The translations under genes and the position numbers were made by a program. Below are positions 9,044-19,972 of a DNA stretch of 64,000 nucleotides, piece after piece. How positions within the stretch are numbered: position 1 is the first letter of the stretch; each line of letters starts with the position of its first letter. The notes below the pieces were generated by a model. It saw only the letters and a program-made list of their open reading frames with translations, did no database searches and was not told where the DNA came from. Source of the DNA: Nocardiaceae bacterium (GTDB taxonomy: Bacteria > Actinomycetota > Actinomycetes > Mycobacteriales > Mycobacteriaceae); contig JAJFUQ010000066.1 in assembly GCA_021372355.1 (NCBI GenBank), positions 962 to 64,961 on the forward strand, written 5' to 3'.

Positions 9044-9136
9044 GCGAATGCCGCGCGGCCTCTGCCAGTCGCGACCCTGACGCACTTCCCCAGCGCCAGG
9101 TTCGTCTTGACCTGGCAGGGACCTCGCGGCATTCGC
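9044..9136 (+). ncRNA. mraW RNA motif (cis-regulatory hairpin)
   Basis: Long hairpin: GCGAATGCCGCG 9044-9055 pairs with 9125-9136, CTGCCAG pairs with CTGGCAG, and the terminal loop is CTTCCCC (9085-9091). It lies between mraZ and rsmH, as described for the actinobacterial mraW motif. Confidence 0.85.
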
Positions 9137-9186
9137 AAAACCGACATCGTCACCCGAAACCAGACAACGCGAAGGCGGAGGACCAC

Positions 9187-10206
9187 GTGGACCGCGAGGC
9201 ACACAAGGACCGGCAAGATGCCGGAACCCCAAGTGCCCCGAAGGACCGCCACGTCCCCGTCATGCTGTCGCGCGCCGACGAATTGCTTGGTCCCGCGATC
9301 GAGGCTGCAGACAGCCCGGTCATGATCGACGCGACGCTCGGCCTCGGCGGCCACTCGGAGATGTTTCTCACCAAGTACCCGAATCTGCACCTCGTCGGCC
9401 TCGACCGCGACCTCAACGCGTTGGCGCTCGCCGGCGAACGTCTCGCGCCGTTCGTCGACCGCATCACCCTCGTTCACACGCGCTACGACGGAATCGCGCA
9501 CGCGCTCGAGCAGGCCGGCCTCCCCACGACAGACTCAGTGCACGCGATCCTCTTCGACCTCGGCGTCTCGTCGATGCAGCTCGATGAAGCGGAGCGCGGC
9601 TTCGCGTACTCGATCGACGCTCCGCTCGACATGCGGATGGACCAGTCGACCGGCATCACTGCGGCGGATGTGCTCAATACGTACAACCACGGTGACCTGG
9701 CCCGCATCCTCAAGAACTACGGCGAGGAACGCTTCGCCGGAAAGATCGCGTCGGCCATCGTCGCGCAGCGCCAGCGTCAGCCCTTCACCACGAGCGGTGC
9801 GCTCGTCGAGTTGCTGTACCGGGTCATTCCCGCGGCGTCTCGTCGCACGGGCGGCCACCCGGCAAAGCGCACGTTCCAGGCGCTGCGCATCGAGGTCAAC
9901 GGCGAGCTCGACTGCTTGCGCGCCGCGGTCCCGGCGGCGCTCGATGCGCTGGTCGTCGGCGGACGTGTGGTCTTCATGTCGTACCAGTCGCTCGAAGACC
10001 GGATCGTGAAGGCCGAGCTTTCCCCGCGCGCAACCTCGCGCACCCCTTTGGACTTGCCCGTCGAACTGCCCGGCATGGGCACCGAGTTCCGCATCCTCAC
10101 CCGTGGGGCGGAGCAGGCGACGGAAGCAGAAATCGAACTGAACCCACGATCAGCGCCGGTACGGATGCGGGCAGCTGAACGGCTCACCAGGAGGCTCGCG
10201 GCATGA
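9187..10206 (+). CDS. rsmH: 16S rRNA m4C1402 methyltransferase
   Basis: [54 protein letters not shown] and [10 protein letters not shown]. Confidence 0.97.
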   Translation: MDREAHKDRQDAGTPSAPKDRHVPVMLSRADELLGPAIEAADSPVMIDATLGLGGHSEMFLTKYPNLHLVGLDRDLNALALAGERLAPFVDRITLVHTRYDGIAHALEQAGLPTTDSVHAILFDLGVSSMQLDEAERGFAYSIDAPLDMRMDQSTGITAADVLNTYNHGDLARILKNYGEERFAGKIASAIVAQRQRQPFTTSGALVELLYRVIPAASRRTGGHPAKRTFQALRIEVNGELDCLRAAVPAALDALVVGGRVVFMSYQSLEDRIVKAELSPRATSRTPLDLPVELPGMGTEFRILTRGAEQATEAEIELNPRSAPVRMRAAERLTRRLAA

Positions 10207-10895
10207 AGGCAACCGTCAGCGCTAACCGGACCGCTGCGAGTTCGTCGACGACGTCGACGACCCGCAGCTCCCGGACCGCCCGGTCGAGCCGTCGAACGAC
10301 CGCGGCGACGCGTGCCTATGCACGCCGCGCACAGCGGGCCGGCCAGCCCATCGAGGAAGCCGTCACCCGCGACCGTGCGGTAGCGGTGGCCAAGCGGGCG
10401 CCGTTCGTCGCCTCGATGATCGCGCTGCTCTCCGGTGGTCTCGTCGTGACCCTCTACCTCACGACCCGCGCGGCCGAGTCGACCTATGAGCTCACCGCCG
10501 CGCAGGACACGAACCAGCGGCTGCAGGCCGAACTCGCCCAGCTGCAGCGTGATGTCGAGGCCGCTGAATCGGCCCCCGAGCTGGCTGCACGAGCTCGCAC
10601 GATCGGCATGGTTCCAGCCGGTGACCCGGCTCATCTCGTGGTCAACGCCGACGGAACGGTGAAGGTCGTGGGGGAGCCGAAGCCGGCCTCGGGCGCTCCG
10701 ATGCCGAACATGAACACCCAGCGCGCCATCATCGCGACCGACAGCCGGGCTTCGTCAGACGAGTCGATCATCGAGGCGCCGTCTTCGTCGGCAACGTCGA
10801 CAAACGGCACGCCGCAAACCGTCAATGCCGCGTCGGGGCGGCCTTCCGGGGAAGAATTGACGACCGTGACTGCTGGTCCTGAGTCCGAGAGGTAA
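10203..10895 (+). CDS. ftsL: Cell division protein FtsL-like
   Basis: Basic N-tail, single TM helix ([20 protein letters not shown]) and a coiled coil. Sits between rsmH and ftsI. Confidence 0.75.
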   Translation: MKATVSANRTAASSSTTSTTRSSRTARSSRRTTAATRAYARRAQRAGQPIEEAVTRDRAVAVAKRAPFVASMIALLSGGLVVTLYLTTRAAESTYELTAAQDTNQRLQAELAQLQRDVEAAESAPELAARARTIGMVPAGDPAHLVVNADGTVKVVGEPKPASGAPMPNMNTQRAIIATDSRASSDESIIEAPSSSATSTNGTPQTVNAASGRPSGEELTTVTAGPESER

Positions 10896-10899
10896 ACCA

Positions 10900-12804
10900 G
10901 TGACGATTGCTCCCGGTCGAGTTCGGGGCCCTCGCCCCAAGCCGGCCGAGAGAAGGCGCAAGGGGCTGGCTCTCGACCACTCGGCTCGCCTACGGTTCCG
11001 TGCCGGCCGCTTCATCCTGCTGTTTCTCCTGATCATCGCGACCGTGCAGCTCATGCGCATCCAGCTGATCTCAGCCTCGTCGATCTCGGCTGAATCCGGC
11101 CGTCAGCACACGGTCAAGCAGGTCCTCCCGGCGTTCCGAGGTCCGATCGTGGATCGCAACGGCAAGCCGCTCGCGTTCACGATGGAGGCGAAGAACCTCA
11201 CGTTCCAGCCGATCGAAGTGCGCAAGCAGCTCGCCGACGCCAAGAAGATGTACCCGGATCGGCCGGACCCGGACGAGAAGCTCAAAGAGATCGCGAACTA
11301 CATCAACGCCAAGCTCGGCGCTAAGGCTCCGGCCAGCGACCTCCTGGACAAGATGCGCAGCGACAAAACGTTCGTCTACCTGGCCAAGGCCATCGACCCG
11401 ACGATTGCGCGCGATATCAACGACAAGTACGGGAACGAAGTCGGTCTCGAGCGGCAGGATGTGCGCGTTTATCCCGGTGGCGCCCTCGCCGCGAACCTGG
11501 TCGGCTCGACCGGTTGGGATGGCCACGGAAACATCGGCCTCGAGTCGTTCATGGACGGAACGCTCGCTGGTGTGAACGGCTCGCAGACCTACGACCGCGG
11601 TTCGGACGGCTCGGTCATCCCGGGCAGTTGGCGCGACAAGAAGGACGCGATCAACGGCAGTACGGTCGAACTGACCATCGACTCCGACATTCAGTACTAC
11701 GTCCAGCAGCAGGTACAGCTGGCGAAGGAGAAGTCGGGGGCGAAGAACGTCTCGGCCGTCGTTCTCGACAGCCTGACCGGTGAAGTCCTCGCGATGTCCA
11801 ACAGTGACACGTTCAACCCGGCGCAGGGCATCATGGCGAGCCGCAACCAGCAGACCGGCAACATCGCGGTCACCTCGCCGTTCGAACCGGGATCGGTCAA
11901 CAAGATCGTCACTGCGGCGGCGGCGATCGAATACGGCCTGACCTCGCCAGACGAGGTCATCGACGTCGACGGCAAGATTCAGATGTACCACGACGTTCTC
12001 GTCAAGGACGCCTGGGTACACGGCGTCGACAAGATGACGACGACCGGTATTTTCGGCAAGTCGTCGAACGTCGGCACGCTGATGCTCGCCAAGCGCGTGG
12101 GCGAGGACCGGTTCGCGGACATGCTGCAGCGCTTCGGACTCGGGCAGCGCACCGAGGTCGGGCTGCCCGGCGAGAGTGCCGGCGACCTCGCCGCGCATGA
12201 CAGCTGGACGGGTGGTGCGTTCGCGAACCTTCCGATCGGACAGGGTCTTTCGATGACGCTGCTCCAGATGACCAGCATGTACCAGGCGGTCGCCAACGAC
12301 GGTGTCCGGATTCCGCCGCGGATCGTCCGGGCGACGACGGGCACGGACGGCGCTCGCGTCACGACCGAGAGGCCCGAGGACATCCCGGTCATCAGTGCCA
12401 AGACCGCATCGACGCTGCGGGACATGTTCCGCTCGGTCACGCAGGCCGACCCCATGGGGTACCAGCAGGGAACCGCGCCCAGCGCGGCGGTCGAGGGCTA
12501 CCAGATCTCGGGCAAGTCGGGTACCGCTCAGCAGATCGATCTGAAGTGCAGCTGCTACTCGATGGACAACTACTGGATCACCTTCGCCGGCATCGCACCC
12601 GCGGATCATCCTCGCTTCGTCATCGGCATGATGATGGACGGACCGAAGCGTGGTGCCGACGGCAGCGATCACCTCACGGCCGGTCCGCTCTTCCACACCA
12701 TCGCGTCCTGGTTGCTGCAGCGCGAAAACGTTCCGCTGTCGAAGGACCCGGGCAAGCCGCTGGTCCTCGAAGCGGATAAGCCTCGACTGGAGAGCACGCC
12801 CTAA
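10900..12804 (+). CDS. ftsI: Class B penicillin-binding protein FtsI/PbpB
   Basis: RGPIVDRNG, FEPGSVNK (SxxK), KSSNVG (SxN) and GKSGTAQ (KS/TG). Confidence 0.95.
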   Translation: MTIAPGRVRGPRPKPAERRRKGLALDHSARLRFRAGRFILLFLLIIATVQLMRIQLISASSISAESGRQHTVKQVLPAFRGPIVDRNGKPLAFTMEAKNLTFQPIEVRKQLADAKKMYPDRPDPDEKLKEIANYINAKLGAKAPASDLLDKMRSDKTFVYLAKAIDPTIARDINDKYGNEVGLERQDVRVYPGGALAANLVGSTGWDGHGNIGLESFMDGTLAGVNGSQTYDRGSDGSVIPGSWRDKKDAINGSTVELTIDSDIQYYVQQQVQLAKEKSGAKNVSAVVLDSLTGEVLAMSNSDTFNPAQGIMASRNQQTGNIAVTSPFEPGSVNKIVTAAAAIEYGLTSPDEVIDVDGKIQMYHDVLVKDAWVHGVDKMTTTGIFGKSSNVGTLMLAKRVGEDRFADMLQRFGLGQRTEVGLPGESAGDLAAHDSWTGGAFANLPIGQGLSMTLLQMTSMYQAVANDGVRIPPRIVRATTGTDGARVTTERPEDIPVISAKTASTLRDMFRSVTQADPMGYQQGTAPSAAVEGYQISGKSGTAQQIDLKCSCYSMDNYWITFAGIAPADHPRFVIGMMMDGPKRGADGSDHLTAGPLFHTIASWLLQRENVPLSKDPGKPLVLEADKPRLESTP

Positions 12805-12897
12805 CCACGGAGTTCGCGGCTTCTTCTCGGGTAACGTGATTCGCGGCTCTCGCCCGCTCGGCGAGGCTCGTACACGAGCTTTTGAGGAGGGAATCAG

Positions 12898-14460
12898 GTG
12901 TCGACGACCCCCTCGAATTTGCGGCCTCGCGGCCTCGACCCAGTGCCGCTGCGGCGTCTGGCCGAGCTGTCCGGCGCGCATCTTCGCGGTGCAGTGGAGT
13001 TCACGTCGCGCCAAGGGCCAGGTTCCGGCGACTTGGCGGTCAGTGGTATCGATCTCCGCGCTCAGCGAATCGAAGCGGGTGACCTGTTCGCGGCACTGCC
13101 AGGTGCGCGAGCTCATGGCGCGCAATTCGCCGACCAGGCGCTCGAACGTGGCGCGGTTGCGGTCCTGACCGATCCCGCGGGGGCCAATCTCATCGGGGAC
13201 GAGGTGCCACTTCTCATCGTCGACAATCCGCGGTCGGTCCTCGGAGATGTGGCCGCGGAGATCTACGGCCGACCGTCGGAGCGACTGCAGGTCCTCGGCA
13301 TCACGGGTACCTCGGGTAAGACGACGACCGCCTACATGGTCGAGGCGGGTCTTCGCGCGGCCGGGCGGAAGGTCGGGCTCATCGGCACGGTCGAGACACG
13401 CTTCGAGGGCGACCGCCTCCCGGCATCTCTCACCACGCCCGAAGCACCGGAACTGCACGCGATCTTCGCGGCGATGCTCGAACGCGGCGGCGACACCGTC
13501 GTCATGGAGGTGTCGTCCCACGCGCTCGAACTCGGGCGGGTCGCGGGTACGCACTTCGCCGTCGGCGGGTTCACGAACCTGTCCCACGATCATCTCGACT
13601 TCCACGAGACGTTCGAGGACTACTTCGCCGCGAAGGCGCGCCTGTTCGATCCGGCGTCGCCGACGCATGCCGCCACCGCGGTGATCTGCGTCGACGACGA
13701 ATGGGGCGAGCGGATGGCGACGATCCCGCAGGATCGCGTCACCGTATCGACGACGGGCGCCGGGGATTGGACCGCGGGCGCCGTCACGACCACGCCCGAT
13801 GGCCGACAGAACTTCACCATCACCGGTCCGTCGGGGACCTACGCCGCCACGATCGGACTGCCCGGGCACTACAACATCGCGAACGCACTGCTCGCGACGG
13901 CTGTGTGCGCCAGGGCCGGCGTCGACGTCGAGGCTGCGCTCAGCGGCATCGCCGATGTGGCCGTGCCGGGCCGCGTCGAGCGCGTCGATGGGGGACAGGA
14001 CTTCCTGGCCGTCGTCGACTACGCCCACAAACCGGCCGCCCTGGAGGCCGTCATCGCGACCTTGCGCGCCCACACGACCGGCCGGATCGCGGTCGTCGTC
14101 GGTGCTGGTGGTGATCGCGATTCCGGCAAGCGGCCCGTCATGGGGGAAGTCGGTGCCCGCACCGCCGATCTGCTCGTGATCACCGACGACAATCCGCGTA
14201 CCGAAGACGCATCCGCAATCAGTGCCTCGGTGTACGAGGGAGCGCTGGGCGCCGAACCGAAGCTCGCGCAGATCGAGGAGATCGGCGACCGTGCGGAGGC
14301 GATCGAGTTCGCGGTGGCCTGGGCACAGCCCGGCGATGTCGTGCTGGTTGCAGGCAAGGGACATGAAGCGGGTCAGGAGATCAACGGCGTGAAGTACCCA
14401 TTCGACGATCGAGAAGTACTCGGGTCGGCAATCGCACGCAAAATTGGAGAGGCGCGATGA
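12898..14460 (+). CDS. murE: UDP-MurNAc-dipeptide:diaminopimelate ligase
   Basis: GITGTSGKTTT, LTTPEA, MEVSSH, DYAHKP, DNPR (mDAP-specific) and AGKGHE. Confidence 0.97.
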   Translation: MSTTPSNLRPRGLDPVPLRRLAELSGAHLRGAVEFTSRQGPGSGDLAVSGIDLRAQRIEAGDLFAALPGARAHGAQFADQALERGAVAVLTDPAGANLIGDEVPLLIVDNPRSVLGDVAAEIYGRPSERLQVLGITGTSGKTTTAYMVEAGLRAAGRKVGLIGTVETRFEGDRLPASLTTPEAPELHAIFAAMLERGGDTVVMEVSSHALELGRVAGTHFAVGGFTNLSHDHLDFHETFEDYFAAKARLFDPASPTHAATAVICVDDEWGERMATIPQDRVTVSTTGAGDWTAGAVTTTPDGRQNFTITGPSGTYAATIGLPGHYNIANALLATAVCARAGVDVEAALSGIADVAVPGRVERVDGGQDFLAVVDYAHKPAALEAVIATLRAHTTGRIAVVVGAGGDRDSGKRPVMGEVGARTADLLVITDDNPRTEDASAISASVYEGALGAEPKLAQIEEIGDRAEAIEFAVAWAQPGDVVLVAGKGHEAGQEINGVKYPFDDREVLGSAIARKIGEAR

Positions 14461-15950
14461 TCCCGCTGTCCCTGGCCGAAATCGCCGAGATCACCGGCGG
14501 CCGCCTCGTCGATGTGCCGGACCCGAGCGTTCGGGTCACCGGCACAGTCGAATTCGACTCGCGCAAGGTCACCGCAGGCGGACTGTTCCTGGCGTTGCCC
14601 GGGGCACGCGTCGACGGGCATGAGCATGCTCCGGGCGCCGTCGCCGCGGGTGCGGCCGCAGTGTTGGCCGCCCGCCCGGTCGGCGTTCCGGCGATCGTGG
14701 TCGAGCCATTGAAGGGCGAGAGTGGTTCGTACGTCCTCGAACACGACACAGACGGTTCTGGCGCCGCGGTTCTCGCCGCGCTGTCGAAGCTCGCGCGTGC
14801 AGTCGTCGATCGACTGGCTGCACAAGGACTCACGGTCATCGGTGTCACCGGGTCGGCGGGCAAGACGTCGACCAAGGATCTGATCGCTGCGGTTCTCGAA
14901 CCGCTCGGCGTGGTGGTCGCGCCGCCCGGTTCGTTCAACAACGAGCTGGGACACCCGTGGACCGCGCTTCGCGCCGATGAGTCGACCAAGTTCCTCGTTC
15001 TCGAGATGTCCGCGCGCGGACCGGGTCACATTGCCGCCCTCGCGCGCACCGCGCCCCCGCGCATCGGTGTGGAGCTCAACGTCGGTACCGCCCACCTCGG
15101 CGAATTCGGATCGCGCGAAGGTATCGCGCAGGCGAAGGGCGAGCTCGTCGAGGCGCTGCCGTCGGCGGCCGACGGTGGCGTTGCCGTTCTCAACATCGAC
15201 GACCGCGCGGTCGCCGGCATGGCGCCCCGGACCACGGCCCGGGTCGTCGGCGCCGGGCAGTCGGAGAACGCCGAGGTCCGGGCGGTCGACGTCTCGCTGG
15301 ACCAGAACGCGTGCGCGAAGTTCACGCTGGTGACGCCCGCCGGCTCGGTTCCCGTTCAGTTGGCGGTGTCGGGCGAGCATCAGGTCGGCAACGCGTTGTG
15401 TGCCGCGGCGGTCGCCCTGGCGTGCGGTGCGACGCCGCAGCAGGTGGCCGATGCACTGGCCACCGCCGGCCCCAAGTCGGCCCACCGAATGGACGTCAAA
15501 ACCCGCCCGGACGGCGTCACCGTGATCAACGACTCATACAACGCGAATCCGGACTCGATGAAGGCCGCGCTGAAGGCACTCGTCACGATGAGCCGCGCGA
15601 CCGAGCCGCGTCGCAAAACGTGGGCTGTACTGGGCGAAATGGCCGAACTCGGCGATGAATCGGTCGTCGAACACGACGCGATCGGGCGCTACGCGGTCCG
15701 GCTCGACGTCAACCGATTGATCGTTGTCGGCACCGGCCGACCCGCTCACGCGATGCACCAGGGCGCCGTCATGGAAGGTTCCTGGGGTAACGAGTCGGTA
15801 CTTGCTGAGAGTATTGACGATGCGATCGCGCTGGTGCGTGCTGAAGTGGCACCGGGCGACGTCGTTTTGGTCAAGGCATCGAACTCGTTTGGTATGTGGG
15901 CGGTCGCCGAAGCTCTGCTGGCCGATGGCCAGCCGAGTTCCGGCGAGTAA
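14457..15950 (+). CDS. murF: UDP-MurNAc-tripeptide:D-Ala-D-Ala ligase
   Basis: GVTGSAGKTSTKD, SFNNELG, NDSYNANPDSM and LGEMAELG. Confidence 0.97.
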   Translation: MIPLSLAEIAEITGGRLVDVPDPSVRVTGTVEFDSRKVTAGGLFLALPGARVDGHEHAPGAVAAGAAAVLAARPVGVPAIVVEPLKGESGSYVLEHDTDGSGAAVLAALSKLARAVVDRLAAQGLTVIGVTGSAGKTSTKDLIAAVLEPLGVVVAPPGSFNNELGHPWTALRADESTKFLVLEMSARGPGHIAALARTAPPRIGVELNVGTAHLGEFGSREGIAQAKGELVEALPSAADGGVAVLNIDDRAVAGMAPRTTARVVGAGQSENAEVRAVDVSLDQNACAKFTLVTPAGSVPVQLAVSGEHQVGNALCAAAVALACGATPQQVADALATAGPKSAHRMDVKTRPDGVTVINDSYNANPDSMKAALKALVTMSRATEPRRKTWAVLGEMAELGDESVVEHDAIGRYAVRLDVNRLIVVGTGRPAHAMHQGAVMEGSWGNESVLAESIDDAIALVRAEVAPGDVVLVKASNSFGMWAVAEALLADGQPSSGE

Positions 15951-15965
15951 GACGGAGGAGCAGTA

Positions 15966-17045
15966 GTGCGGCAGATCCTGATCGCTGCGGGCATCGCGCT
16001 CGTTGTCTCAATCCTGTTGACCCCGGTTCTGATTCGCTGGTTCAGCCGGCAGGGATTCGGACAGGAGATCCGGACCGAGGGGCCGGAGAGCCACAAGAAG
16101 AAGCGCGGCACGCCCACCATGGGTGGTGTCGCGATCATCGCGGGTATCTGGGCCGGCTACTGGGGTTCGCACCTGATCGGCATCTACTACCACGCCGAAG
16201 GGCCGACGGCCTCGGGACTCCTCGTTCTGGGTCTGACCACCGTGCTGGGTGTGGTCGGCTTCCTCGATGACTTCATCAAGATCTTCAAGCAGCGAAATCT
16301 GGGTCTGAACAAGACCGCGAAGCTCGTCGGCCAGTTGCTCGCCGCGGTCATCTTCGGATTTCTGGCGCTGCAGTTCCGGGACACGAGTGGCTTGACGCCG
16401 GGAAGCACCCATCTGTCGTATGTGCGTGACCTGGCGACCGTGTCCATGGGCACACTGGTTTTCATCCTCTTCACGTACATCGTCGTCAGCGCGTGGTCGA
16501 ACGCCGTCAATCTCACCGACGGTCTCGACGGTCTGGCCGCCGGCTCGATGGGATTCGCGCTTTTCGCGTACATCATCATCACGTTCTGGCAGTACCAGAA
16601 CGCGTGTGAGACCGAGAAGGTTGCCGGCTGCTACGACGTCCGCGACCCGCTCGATCTCGCCCTCATCTGTGCGGCCGGCGTGGGTGCATGTGTCGGATTC
16701 CTGTGGTGGAACGCGGCCCCCGCGAAGATCTTCATGGGTGACACCGGTTCGCTCGCGCTCGGTGGTCTGCTCGCCGGACTTTCGATCACCACCCGTACCG
16801 AGCTCATCATGATCGTCATCGGCGCGCTGTTCGTCGCCGAGGCGGCGTCGGTCGTCGTCCAGGTGGCGGCCTTCAAGTCGAGTGGTCGACGCGTGTTCCG
16901 AATGGCCCCATTCCATCACCACTTCGAGCTAGGGGGATGGCCGGAAACCACGGTCATCATCAGGTTCTGGTTGCTGGCCGCGATTTCCGCGGCTTCGGGG
17001 CTGGGACTGTTCTACAGCGAGTACCTGGCTCAGGTCGGGAGCTAA
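15966..17045 (+). CDS. mraY: Phospho-MurNAc-pentapeptide transferase
   Basis: [41 protein letters not shown] and MAPFHHHFE. Confidence 0.98.
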   Translation: MRQILIAAGIALVVSILLTPVLIRWFSRQGFGQEIRTEGPESHKKKRGTPTMGGVAIIAGIWAGYWGSHLIGIYYHAEGPTASGLLVLGLTTVLGVVGFLDDFIKIFKQRNLGLNKTAKLVGQLLAAVIFGFLALQFRDTSGLTPGSTHLSYVRDLATVSMGTLVFILFTYIVVSAWSNAVNLTDGLDGLAAGSMGFALFAYIIITFWQYQNACETEKVAGCYDVRDPLDLALICAAGVGACVGFLWWNAAPAKIFMGDTGSLALGGLLAGLSITTRTELIMIVIGALFVAEAASVVVQVAAFKSSGRRVFRMAPFHHHFELGGWPETTVIIRFWLLAAISAASGLGLFYSEYLAQVGS

Positions 17046-17051
17046 GCGCTG

Positions 17052-18452
17052 ATGGAACTGTCTTCGCTCGCTGGCACCAAGGTCCTCGTCGCGGGTTGGA
17101 AGACCACTGGTCGTTCCGTCGTCGACCCGCTGCAGCAACTCGGCGCAACCGTCGTCGCCGCGGACGGGAATCCGGCCGCGCTCGATGATGCCCGGGCAAG
17201 CGGCGTCGAGGGGGTTCACCCCGACGAAGCGATTTCGTCGATCTCCGACTACGCCCTCGTCATCACGAGCCCGGGATGGCGTCCCAATGCGCCGCTGTTC
17301 GTCGCCGCACAGGCTGCGGGCGTTCCGGTGTGGGGCGACGTCGAATTCGCGTGGCGCGTCGATCAGGCGGAGATGTACGGCCCCACGCGGACATGGCTTG
17401 TCGTCACCGGAACCAATGGCAAGACGACCACGACGTCGATGCTCGAAACGGTGCTCACCACAGCCGGGCTGGGTGCCGTCGCGTGCGGAAACATCGGCCT
17501 GCCGATCCTCGATGCGCTGCGGCAGCCGGAGATCCGGGTCTTGGCGGTCGAGCTGTCGTCGTTCCAACTGTTCTGGGCACCGTCGGTGCATCCCGAAGCG
17601 GGCGCGGTCCTCAATATCGCCGAGGACCACCTGGACTGGCACGGGAGTATGCAGCACTACATCGACGCGAAAACTCGGGCACTGTCTGGACGCGTGGGTG
17701 TGCTCGGCCTCGACGACGCCGAGGCCGCCAAGCTCGTCCGGATCTCGCCGGCGCAGCAGACGGTCGGCTTTCGTCTCGGCGAGCCCGGACCGGGTGAACT
17801 CGGCATAGTCGATGGCCAGCTCGTGGACCGCGCGTTCTCCGATGGAGAGATCCTCGTCGGCGTCGCCGATCTGGCACAGCGTGGTCGGGCGGGACTGCTC
17901 AACGCCTTGGCCGCGTCCGCACTCGCCCGGGCGGCCGGAGTACCGGCCGCGGACATCGGAGCAGGTCTGCGCGCGTTCGAAATCGGTGCGCACCGAGGCA
18001 CGGTCGTCGCGACGATCGACGGGATCGACTACATCGACGATTCGAAGGCAACCAACCCGCATGCCGCCCGAATCGCCCTTTTGTCGCATGAACACGTCGT
18101 CTGGGTGGCCGGCGGGCAGCTCAAAGGCGCATCGATCGACGAACTCATCATCGAGACTGGTCAGCGCCTACGCGGGGCAGTTCTGCTAGGCCAGGATGCG
18201 CAACTCATCGTCGACGCATTGGCGCGACACGCGCCCGAGGTACCCGTGGTCGTCGTCGGTTCAAGGGACGATGCTTCCGTGAAGTCCGCCGATGCACTGA
18301 TGCAAGAAGCGGTTTCGCACGCGAAGCGCATGGCCGCGCCGGGCGATGTGGTGCTTTTGGCACCAGCGGCCGCGTCGTTGGACATGTTCACCTCGTATGG
18401 GCATCGGGGAGACAGCTTCGCGGAGGCAGCGAGACTACTCGGGGAGGCGTAA
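17052..18452 (+). CDS. murD: UDP-MurNAc-L-Ala:D-glutamate ligase
   Basis: VTGTNGKTTTT, ACGNIG, ELSSFQL, EDHLDWH and DDSKATN. Confidence 0.97.
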   Translation: MELSSLAGTKVLVAGWKTTGRSVVDPLQQLGATVVAADGNPAALDDARASGVEGVHPDEAISSISDYALVITSPGWRPNAPLFVAAQAAGVPVWGDVEFAWRVDQAEMYGPTRTWLVVTGTNGKTTTTSMLETVLTTAGLGAVACGNIGLPILDALRQPEIRVLAVELSSFQLFWAPSVHPEAGAVLNIAEDHLDWHGSMQHYIDAKTRALSGRVGVLGLDDAEAAKLVRISPAQQTVGFRLGEPGPGELGIVDGQLVDRAFSDGEILVGVADLAQRGRAGLLNALAASALARAAGVPAADIGAGLRAFEIGAHRGTVVATIDGIDYIDDSKATNPHAARIALLSHEHVVWVAGGQLKGASIDELIIETGQRLRGAVLLGQDAQLIVDALARHAPEVPVVVVGSRDDASVKSADALMQEAVSHAKRMAAPGDVVLLAPAAASLDMFTSYGHRGDSFAEAARLLGEA

Positions 18453-18454
18453 GC

Positions 18455-19972
18455 GTGACGATCGCCGAACCGACCGCTCGTCGACAGTCGGAGCGATCAA
18501 GTCGGGCTCGCACCCGTTTCGGAATGTGGCTCGAGCGTCCGCTCGCCTCGTTCCACTTGATCGTGACGATCGCGACGCTCCTGACGGCCCTCGGGCTCGT
18601 CATGGTGCTGTCGGCGTCGAGCGTCGAGTCCTACACCGAGGCCGGCTCCGCCTATTCGCAGTTCATGCAGCAGGCGATGTTCGCGGTTCTGGGTGCGGTG
18701 CTGTTCTACGTCGCCCTCCGCATTCCGATTCGCGTGATTCGCGCACTGTCGCTGCCTGGATTCGTCATCTCGGTCGTCATCCTGGCGGCAGTGCTCGTCC
18801 CAGGCATCGGTGTCGAGGTCTACGGCGCGCGGCGCTGGATCGACGTCGCCGGCGTGACGATCCAGCCTTCGGAGATCGTCAAGGTCACGCTCATCGTGTG
18901 GGGCGCACACCTTCTGGCGTCACGAGGGCCGTCCCGGCGAGGACTTTGGGACATCATCGTGCCGCTGGTCCCGGCCGGACTGTTCGTCTGTCTTCTCATC
19001 GTTCTGCAGCCGAACCTCAGTACGACGATCGCCATCGGCATCATCCTCGTGGCGCTGCTGTGGTTCGGCGGACTCTCTCTTCGCGTCTTCCTGACGATCG
19101 CCATCTCGGGCATTGCGGCGGCGTCGGTTCTAGCCGTCTCCGCCGGCTACCGGTCGGCACGTGTCCAGGCGTTCTTCAACGGCGGCGCGGACGCGCAGGG
19201 TAGTGGTTACCAGGCACGTCAGGCGAAGTACTCACTCGCCGACGGCGGTTTGTTCGGGCGTGGTCTCGGCCAGAGCCGCGCGAAGTGGGACTACCTGCCC
19301 AACGCCCACAACGACTTCATCTTCGCGATCATCGGCGAGGAGCTCGGCTTCATGGGCTGTCTCCTCGTCATCGGATTGTTCGCGCTGTTCGTGTACACGG
19401 GCTTGCGTATCGCGTCGCGATCGGTCGATCCGTTCCTTCGGCTGCTGTGCGCTTCGGCAACTGTATGGATCACGGCGCAGGCGTTCATTAACATCGGCTA
19501 CGTGGTCGGCGTTCTCCCGGTGACCGGGCTCCAGTTGCCGCTGGTGTCTGCGGGTGGATCGTCTCTGGCGATCACGTTGTTGATGTTCGGTGTCATGGCC
19601 AATGCGGCCCGACATGAACCGGACGCGATCATTGCGTTGTCCGAGGGCCGTGGCGGTCGGGTCAGCCGCCTGCTCAAGCTCCCCGTGCCGCAGCCGTATC
19701 GTGCTCCAGCCGCTCCGCGTAAGCCCGGACCGAAGCCCGGTCCCGGTGGTGCCGCGCGGCCCCGTCAGCAGCAGCCTGGGCACCCGCGCGTGCCCGGGGT
19801 CGGGATCGCCCGTGCCGGTCAGGCACAACGTCCACGCACTGCCACGCCAGCCGTGCGCAACAGTGGGCCGATCCGGGGCGGTTCCGGTTCGGTGGGATCT
19901 CCTTGGGAGGGGCGTCGCCCACTTCCGCCGACGTGGGGTGCGCCGCCGCGCCGGACAGGAACTCAGCGGTGA
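18455..19972 (+). CDS. ftsW: SEDS family cell division glycosyltransferase FtsW
   Basis: [34 protein letters not shown] and PLVSAGGSS, with a Pro/Arg-rich C-tail. Confidence 0.97.
   Translation: MTIAEPTARRQSERSSRARTRFGMWLERPLASFHLIVTIATLLTALGLVMVLSASSVESYTEAGSAYSQFMQQAMFAVLGAVLFYVALRIPIRVIRALSLPGFVISVVILAAVLVPGIGVEVYGARRWIDVAGVTIQPSEIVKVTLIVWGAHLLASRGPSRRGLWDIIVPLVPAGLFVCLLIVLQPNLSTTIAIGIILVALLWFGGLSLRVFLTIAISGIAAASVLAVSAGYRSARVQAFFNGGADAQGSGYQARQAKYSLADGGLFGRGLGQSRAKWDYLPNAHNDFIFAIIGEELGFMGCLLVIGLFALFVYTGLRIASRSVDPFLRLLCASATVWITAQAFINIGYVVGVLPVTGLQLPLVSAGGSSLAITLLMFGVMANAARHEPDAIIALSEGRGGRVSRLLKLPVPQPYRAPAAPRKPGPKPGPGGAARPRQQQPGHPRVPGVGIARAGQAQRPRTATPAVRNSGPIRGGSGSVGSPWEGRRPLPPTWGAPPRRTGTQR

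Noticed and set aside
10203-10400. Ser/Thr/Arg-rich low-complexity N-terminus of FtsL and Pro/Arg tail of FtsW (19680-19972)
   Set aside because: Such disordered tails are usual for these proteins in Mycobacteriales, and no exact repeat units were found.
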